A stretch of DNA of 64,000 bases from an uncultured Candidatus Saccharibacteria bacterium (GTDB lineage: Bacteria; Patescibacteriota; Minisyncoccia; Phycocordibacterales; UBA9973): positions 211,460-275,459 of the forward strand of contig CAZWAV010000001.1 of NCBI GenBank assembly GCA_964631935.1, written 5' to 3'. The notes under the pieces were generated by a model that was not told the DNA's origin, did not search any database, and worked only from the letters and a program-made list of their open reading frames with translations. Numbering within the stretch: position 1 is the first letter of the stretch; every line of letters starts with the position of its first letter. The position numbers and the translations under genes are program-made. Shown here in pieces: positions 58,734-64,000 of the stretch.

Positions 58734-59432
58734 ATGAGTACACAAAACACAACCGTAGAGAAGATGTTTGAAGCAGGTGCACATTACGGCTACTCGAAGA
58801 GTCGTCGTCACCCATCAATAACACCATACATTTTTGCAACAAAAAATGGTGTTGATATTATAAATATTGAAAAGGGACACGAGCTTCTAGAAAAAGCCCT
58901 AGATACTGTAAGTAAATTTGCAGCATCTGGTAAAACTATTCTTTTCGTAGGTACAAAAGCAGAAGCGAGGCAGCAAATCATAGAAACAGCTTTATCTTTG
59001 AATATGCCTTATGTTGGGGAGCGCTGGGTGGGTGGAAGTTTGACAAATTTCCCTGAAATAAAGAAAAGGATTACAAAACTACTAGAATTCCGAGAACAGA
59101 AAGAAAAAGGTGGACTTGATAAATATACAAAGAAAGAACGCCTACTTATAGACCGAGAAATGGAGGATATGACTAAGAACTTCCAAGGATTAACTGGTAT
59201 TACAAAAACTCCAGATGCCCTATTTGTTATAGATCCTAAAAAAGAACATATAGCAGTTACAGAAGCACATAAGATGAATATTCCAGTTATTGCGGTTCTA
59301 AATACTGACTGTAATCTCAAACAAGTTGAACATCCTATCATAGCCAACGATGCGTCAGTTATGAGTATTAGCTTCTTTTTACAAGCTATTAAGGATGCCT
59401 ACTCTAAAGGATCTCTTGGAGATAAAAAATAA
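58734..59432 (+). CDS. rpsB: 30S ribosomal protein S2
   Basis: FEAGAHYGYSKSRRHPSITPYIF...NGVDIINIEKG. Confidence 0.9.
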   Translation: MSTQNTTVEKMFEAGAHYGYSKSRRHPSITPYIFATKNGVDIINIEKGHELLEKALDTVSKFAASGKTILFVGTKAEARQQIIETALSLNMPYVGERWVGGSLTNFPEIKKRITKLLEFREQKEKGGLDKYTKKERLLIDREMEDMTKNFQGLTGITKTPDALFVIDPKKEHIAVTEAHKMNIPVIAVLNTDCNLKQVEHPIIANDASVMSISFFLQAIKDAYSKGSLGDKK

Positions 59433-59450
59433 AAACTATTAAATAAAATT

Positions 59451-60233
59451 ATGCCAATAAAAATAACAACAGAACAAGTAAAAGAATTAAGAGATGCCAC
59501 TGGTGTATCTGTCATGCAGTGCCGAGGTGCTCTTGAGGAAGCCGAGGGCGACATGGAGAAAGCCCTGATCATCCTTAAAAAGAAATCAAGCTCTATTGCT
59601 ATGAAAAAAGCTGACCGTGAAGCTCACGATGGTACTGTGGTTGTAATGGAAGCTCCAGGAAAAGCTCTTCTACTTACTCTTAATTCTGAAACTGATTTCG
59701 TTGCAAAAAATAGTGATTTCACTGAATTAGCACAAAGCCTTGCTAAAATAGCATTGAATGAGGGAGTACCAACTATGCAAGAAAAAGCTCCAGATATGAT
59801 TAATCCTGTTATACAGAAAGTTGGAGAGAAGATAGAACTTGGTCATGTCGAAGAAGTTACTGGTGAGACAATAGGAAGCTATGTACACAGTGGCAAGAGT
59901 GCAGTAATCGTTTCCCTAAATAAAGGAACACCAGAACTTGCGAAAGATATTGCTATGCATATTGCTGCTATGAAACCTGCTTTTACAACAAGTGACGAAA
60001 TAACCGAGGAAGATAAAAAGAAAGTTATTGAAGTATTTGAAAAAGAAGTTGCTGAATCAGACAAGCCTGAAGATATAAAGAAGAAGATGCTCGAAGGGAA
60101 AATTGCTACATACTTTAAAGAGCAGACCCTTGTAGATCAACCATTTATAAAAAATCCTGATCTAACTGTTGGTAATTTGCTTGCAGAAAGAGGTGCAACT
60201 CTGGTACGATTTATCCGGGAGTCTATCGGATAA
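59451..60233 (+). CDS. tsf: Elongation factor Ts
   Basis: ITTEQVKELRDATGVSVMQCRGALEEAEGDMEKALIILKKK (UBA-like N-term); rpsB-tsf synteny. Confidence 0.9.
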   Translation: MPIKITTEQVKELRDATGVSVMQCRGALEEAEGDMEKALIILKKKSSSIAMKKADREAHDGTVVVMEAPGKALLLTLNSETDFVAKNSDFTELAQSLAKIALNEGVPTMQEKAPDMINPVIQKVGEKIELGHVEEVTGETIGSYVHSGKSAVIVSLNKGTPELAKDIAMHIAAMKPAFTTSDEITEEDKKKVIEVFEKEVAESDKPEDIKKKMLEGKIATYFKEQTLVDQPFIKNPDLTVGNLLAERGATLVRFIRESIG

Positions 60234-60235
60234 TT

Positions 60236-60658
60236 ATGTTATTAACTATTGTCATATTTTTTATAGCTATTTTTACAGCTTTTGGAATGCTTATATTTCG
60301 TGCATGGGAAATACGAACTATGCGTGCAAATATATCAGAAAATCATGACAACAAAATCCCAGATTTAACATTTAGACAGTTGGAAAAAAGTATGCTATAT
60401 TTGACCAAGCATATAGTACAGAGTATTGTACTTGTGGTGGTCAAATATTGGTTTATCTTAACAACTAAGACAAAGAAGAAGATTTCGGATAGTTGGCCAA
60501 AGATACATGCACTAATACAAAAGAAACCTGAATCCCCTGATGTAGTAAATAAGAAGCCTTCATTTTTCCGTAAGGCTATACTAGAATCAGAAGCTAAGAT
60601 AAAACGGATAAAGGAAAAGGTAAAAAAAGAGCATGGGGAAGACGAAGATAAAATATAG
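60236..60658 (+). CDS. Hypothetical membrane protein
   Basis: 140 aa, N-terminal TM helices, basic C-terminus. Confidence 0.45.
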   Translation: MLLTIVIFFIAIFTAFGMLIFRAWEIRTMRANISENHDNKIPDLTFRQLEKSMLYLTKHIVQSIVLVVVKYWFILTTKTKKKISDSWPKIHALIQKKPESPDVVNKKPSFFRKAILESEAKIKRIKEKVKKEHGEDEDKI

Positions 60659-60734
60659 GAATATGCCGCTTTAGTTGTTTTGTGGCAAGAAGCATTAATG
60701 ATAAACAAATAAGTTTAATGAGAAATAGACACAT

Positions 60735-60810
60735 GCCGCTTTAGCTCAGTTGGTAGAGCAACGCTTTTGTAAAGCGAAGGTCCTCAGTTCGAGTCTGAGA
60801 AGCGGCTCCA
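60735..60810 (+). tRNA. tRNA-Thr (anticodon UGU), CCA encoded
   Basis: Acceptor GCCGCTT/AAGCGGC, D-loop AGCTCAGTTGGTAGAGC, anticodon loop TTTGTAA (one A·A at 27-43), T-loop GGTTCGAGTCT, 3' TCCA. Confidence 0.8.
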
Positions 60811-60825
60811 ATAATTAAGTTAAAA

Positions 60826-60855
60826 AGAAGCCCCCTAGTGGGGGGTTTCTTTTTA
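60826..60855. terminator. Rho-independent terminator after tRNA-Thr
   Basis: agaagccccc-tagt-gggggtttctttttatt. Confidence 0.6.
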
Positions 60856-61608
60856 TTGAGTAGTAGGAACTGTTTGTTGTATTGATGTTTCAGTAGTAGG
60901 AACAATTACTGGGGGCGGTGTCGTCGTCTTCTTCTTTATAGGTACAACAGTAGGCTTTATGAGTGATTTGGCTATAGCTGGCTCTATCTTTTCTATATCT
61001 TCTATAGTCTTAAAACCTGTGACCTTATGATCATTTATGACAAGCGCAGGCAGCTTTGTGTCATCAATCTTATAAACTCTTATAAGAGCTTTGAGAGCAG
61101 ACAAGTCTAGATTGTAATCAAATGAGTATACTCTCAGGCTTGGATATTTAGAACGTAGTTCAGTAAGTACATAACCCTGTTTTATACACTCTGCGCAATT
61201 GTTTGCTGTTGTGTAGAAATATAGTATTGGAGTAAGCTTACCTCCGCATTTCTGATTTATCTTTTTAGTTAGGAGATAGTCTTTAATCTCAAGTATAGAG
61301 TAATATCTTTTAAGTTCGATTACATCTGAGTTCCCTTTTAAATTTGTCTCACTGTAGTTTATCTTTTCTGCTAAATCATTTAGCTCAGATGATAAATTTT
61401 CCTGACCATCATCTTGCTCACAAGATAAATCAGACAATAAAGAGAACTGGGTCTCAGAAGACAGGATATCAGTAGCTAGTTTATTTTGAATAGCGCGCAT
61501 ACTCTCTACCTTTTTATCTGCAAAGAAATTAGAAAGTCCTCCAGCTATAGCAAAAAGTGCTGTTGTTATAAAGAATACTATAATATATTTTTTCCAATCA
61601 TTTTTCAT
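60853..61608 (-). CDS. Membrane-anchored thioredoxin-fold-like protein with CxxC motif (putative thiol-disulfide oxidoreductase)
   Basis: N-terminal TM; ...YTTANNCAECIKQGYVL... CxxC; 251 aa; weak family call. Confidence 0.45.
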   Translation of the reverse strand: MKNDWKKYIIVFFITTALFAIAGGLSNFFADKKVESMRAIQNKLATDILSSETQFSLLSDLSCEQDDGQENLSSELNDLAEKINYSETNLKGNSDVIELKRYYSILEIKDYLLTKKINQKCGGKLTPILYFYTTANNCAECIKQGYVLTELRSKYPSLRVYSFDYNLDLSALKALIRVYKIDDTKLPALVINDHKVTGFKTIEDIEKIEPAIAKSLIKPTVVPIKKKTTTPPPVIVPTTETSIQQTVPTTQ

Positions 61609-61610
61609 AT

Positions 61611-62894
61611 TTATGAAGTTACTTTTTTAAGTGGATAATCTCGCTCTGCTGTCCAACTCACCTCACGGGAGAATACTGCATTCCAACACGCTTTAATAAG
61701 CCAAAATGGCGCTATAAAGGTATATATCACAATAAAGAGTATTATGTCTAGTGACAACATTTTCCTGCCATGTATCATTCGTCGTCCATTTAAAAGAGCA
61801 GCGATTACAAGTATGTACAACAAAACTGAAATCAACAAGAATGCTTTTGTATTTATATAAAACGGATCAAAAGAGAAATTACTTCCTCCAAAAATAGACG
61901 AAAACCCTAACGCTTGAGCTTGGACGACTTTATGAGCAATGTAATTATAGATACGAGACACCGTAAATATCATAAGGAAAATGGTACCAGAAATAGAAAT
62001 AAATCCTGATGGTAGAGTAAACATACCAATAGATCCATATGATGGCTTAAAAAATAGATCTCTATAATCAGATGCGTTTTTCAAAAAGCCATATATCCAC
62101 CTAACTCTTTGTTTATAGAGCTTAGGGATAGTATTGGGGCTATTTGTGTATACATATGCATCTGGGCAATGATCTATCCTATAACCATGTCTATGCATGC
62201 GAAGAGCTATCTCTTGATCTTCTGTATGGTGAGCCTTGCGATAATAACCTAGGTCATCGAAAACTTTCTTACGAAATATAGAAAAGGGTCCAGGGGTTAC
62301 ATGTATACCTTGCATAAAAGCTAGCATCTTTTTAGTGTAATGAGCCATGTCATACTCTGCACGTTGCGCATACTGAAGTATACTTTTGGGGTCACGGACA
62401 ACGATAGAAGGCGCAACGGCCATAGTTTCAGGGTTATCAAAAAATGTAATTATGCGTTTTAAGGCCTCAGGATGCACAGATGAATCTGCGTCTAGGCAAC
62501 CTATAAATTCGCTAGTTGTGTTCTCTATTCCGAGATTTAGAGCTGTATGTTTACCACCATTTTCTTTTTTAAATAAAGATATCTGTGGGTGTGAATTATA
62601 ATTATCTTGTAAAATACTCCAAGTCTTATCACGAGAACCATCATCAACGACTATTATACGCAGTTTGTCTTTTGGATAATCTAAAGAAAGCAGCGAATCG
62701 AGAGTTAGAGATACTGTCTTTTCTTCATTGTAACAAGGGACCACTATCGTAACAGTAGGATAGTTAGATAAAGTTATCGGACCACTTCTTATAAAGATTT
62801 TCTTCCTGTTTTCAAAAAAGGTTACAAGAAGAAAAACCTGGACATAGACTGCCAGGAATGAAATACAGTAAAATGATATCAGTAGAATTGACAT
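61611..62894 (-). CDS. Family-2 glycosyltransferase with C-terminal membrane domain (processive synthase-like)
   Basis: TIVVPCYNEEKTV...IIVVDDGSRDKT (GT2 DXD region), QRVRW-like RWIYG motif, multiple C-terminal TM helices; 427 aa. Confidence 0.8.
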   Translation of the reverse strand: MSILLISFYCISFLAVYVQVFLLVTFFENRKKIFIRSGPITLSNYPTVTIVVPCYNEEKTVSLTLDSLLSLDYPKDKLRIIVVDDGSRDKTWSILQDNYNSHPQISLFKKENGGKHTALNLGIENTTSEFIGCLDADSSVHPEALKRIITFFDNPETMAVAPSIVVRDPKSILQYAQRAEYDMAHYTKKMLAFMQGIHVTPGPFSIFRKKVFDDLGYYRKAHHTEDQEIALRMHRHGYRIDHCPDAYVYTNSPNTIPKLYKQRVRWIYGFLKNASDYRDLFFKPSYGSIGMFTLPSGFISISGTIFLMIFTVSRIYNYIAHKVVQAQALGFSSIFGGSNFSFDPFYINTKAFLLISVLLYILVIAALLNGRRMIHGRKMLSLDIILFIVIYTFIAPFWLIKACWNAVFSREVSWTAERDYPLKKVTS

Positions 62895-62983
62895 GGGGTT
62901 CGTACACTATACCACAATTACTCATATATATCAACGTAAAATACCCAAGACTTAGTCTCGGGTATTTTATCTAAAACTCGTAA

Positions 62984-63277
62984 TTACATAGGTGAACTTG
63001 AAGGGCTTCCTCCCATAGGAGCAGAACCTGTCATGCCTTTGCACTTTTTGCATGGGCAACCAAAAATCTTAACCAATGTTGCAATACCTACCAATAGGTA
63101 GACAATAGCAACCACCATAGGCCATGAACCAAGAAGCATACTCACAAGGTTCAAATCTGAACCCATAAGCATACCAAGACCTACAAGACCCCAGTTAAGA
63201 CCACCGATTATAACGAGAACCCAAGCAAACTTTGAAACACCACACTTACCTTTACAATCGCCATTGCATGTCATCAT
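62984..63277 (-). CDS. DUF378-like small membrane protein
   Basis: VLVIIGGLNWGLVGLGML motif; 97 aa; Cys-rich termini. Confidence 0.55.
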   Translation of the reverse strand: MMTCNGDCKGKCGVSKFAWVLVIIGGLNWGLVGLGMLMGSDLNLVSMLLGSWPMVVAIVYLLVGIATLVKIFGCPCKKCKGMTGSAPMGGSPSSSPM

Positions 63278-63396
63278 AATTTGTATTTTTCAACCTCACG
63301 GTTGAAGATTTATTAATAATGGACCTTTTTAACGCCTACATTATAACATATTTATAACTATGGCGCACAAGCAAAGTGGCATGCTATAATAATCCC

Positions 63397-64000
63397 ATGG
63401 AAAACGAAAATACAAACATAAAACCAGTAGAACAGCAGTCAAAAATTTCAACCCCAATGGCTATAGTATTAGCAGGCGTACTTATTATGGTAGGTATTAT
63501 TGCTAGTAAAGGAGGTTCAACTACACCAGCACCAAAAACACTCTCTGAGCAAGTTGGTGTATCTAAGGAAAACTTGCTTGCTTGTATTAAAGGCACAGAT
63601 TTAGATGCACTAAACAAAAGCATTAATGATAGTGTAGATAAAGCTATGGTTAATGTATCCCAGCGTGGTACTCCATATAGTGTAGTTATTGGTAAAGATG
63701 GCGTCAAAACAGAAATCAAAGGAGCTGATTCATATGCAAACGTAAAGCAAATGGTAAATGATGCCTTGATAGGTAAAGTTGCCACAGTATATACAGGAAA
63801 TATTCCTCCAGTGACATCAGACGAGCATATATTTGGTAACCCAGACGCTATCGTAACTATTGTTGAGTATTCGGATTTTGAGTGCCCTTACTGTAAACAA
63901 TTCCAACCGGTATTGAAACAGATAGTTCAAGAATCAGGCGGTAATGTAAGATGGGTTTATCGTGACTACCCTCTTCACCAGCATTCATTTGAAAAACTCG
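63397..64000 (+). CDS. DsbA-like thioredoxin-domain protein (CPYC), 3'-truncated by window end
   Basis: Read by eye: MENENTNIKPVEQQ...TM...IVEYSDFECPYCKQFQPVLK...; open to the window edge; absent from ORF track, probably because it has no stop in-window. Confidence 0.55.
   Translation, partial: MENENTNIKPVEQQSKISTPMAIVLAGVLIMVGIIASKGGSTTPAPKTLSEQVGVSKENLLACIKGTDLDALNKSINDSVDKAMVNVSQRGTPYSVVIGKDGVKTEIKGADSYANVKQMVNDALIGKVATVYTGNIPPVTSDEHIFGNPDAIVTIVEYSDFECPYCKQFQPVLKQIVQESGGNVRWVYRDYPLHQHSFEKL

Noticed and set aside
63384-63785. 133-aa minus-strand ORF
   Set aside because: Antisense to the better-supported plus-strand DsbA-like ORF (CPYC motif, TM helix, sensible start with upstream TATAAT).
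1-64000. CRISPR arrays / rRNA / tmRNA / RNase P RNA
   Set aside because: Scanned for regularly spaced direct repeats and for rRNA-like conserved blocks; none seen. The only tandem repeat is the in-frame 21-mer at 54-221.

Overview
AT-rich bacterial chromosomal window on a genome-reduced, low-GC background. The gene content (311-aa MetK, 405-aa UvrC lacking the HhH tail, a 299-aa sigma-70, many small membrane proteins, lamin-tail/PKD and TSP3-repeat surface proteins, soluble VirD4/TraG-like ATPases) suggests a Candidate Phyla Radiation/Patescibacteria-type organism. That assignment is inference from gene content only.

Housekeeping backbone:
- Translation and tRNA-related: tsaC, ychF, miaA, rpmG (L33, 54 aa, below the ORF-track cutoff), proS, rpsB, tsf, tgt, and four tRNAs (Trp-CCA, Leu-CAA, Ala-UGC, Thr-UGU).
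- Cell wall and shape: alr, murB, an HTH-fused murA, ddl, mreC, mreB.
- Repair: family-4 UDG, short uvrC, uvrA, uvrB.
- Other: pterin-4a-carbinolamine dehydratase, a sigma-70 factor, metK with an S-box (SAM-I) riboswitch leader, and an NRAMP transporter (mntH).

Three accessory regions stand out:
- ~3.3-7.6 kb: an integrative element remnant next to ychF. It carries a large serine recombinase whose 3' end overlaps the ychF start, plus a P4/D5-type primase-helicase. A ~790-bp structured non-coding stretch follows it.
- 10.9-19.8 kb: a tightly packed, co-directional, defence-like operon encoding a PLD-nuclease–SNF2-helicase fusion, a 1153-aa gamma-class N6-adenine methyltransferase, an unknown 219-aa protein, a Cas4/RecB-like Fe-S PD-(D/E)xK nuclease, a membrane-anchored DUF2726 protein and a 43-aa acidic peptide. 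This combination does not match DISARM, BREX or type IIG R-M layouts as I recall them and is the best candidate for an undescribed system.
- 27.3-38.3 kb: a nine-gene minus-strand block in which two paralogous VirD4/TraG-like ATPases flank a membrane protein and two tandem, extremely Cys-rich ~570-aa paralogs of unknown family.

Other notable features are a murB<->HTH-murA divergent pair sharing a perfect 16-bp palindrome, and 12-nt duplications of the 5' ends of tRNA-Leu and tRNA-Thr ~70-110 nt upstream of each gene. No CRISPR array or rRNA is present. All calls come from reading the sequence and the supplied ORF track; no database searches were run.
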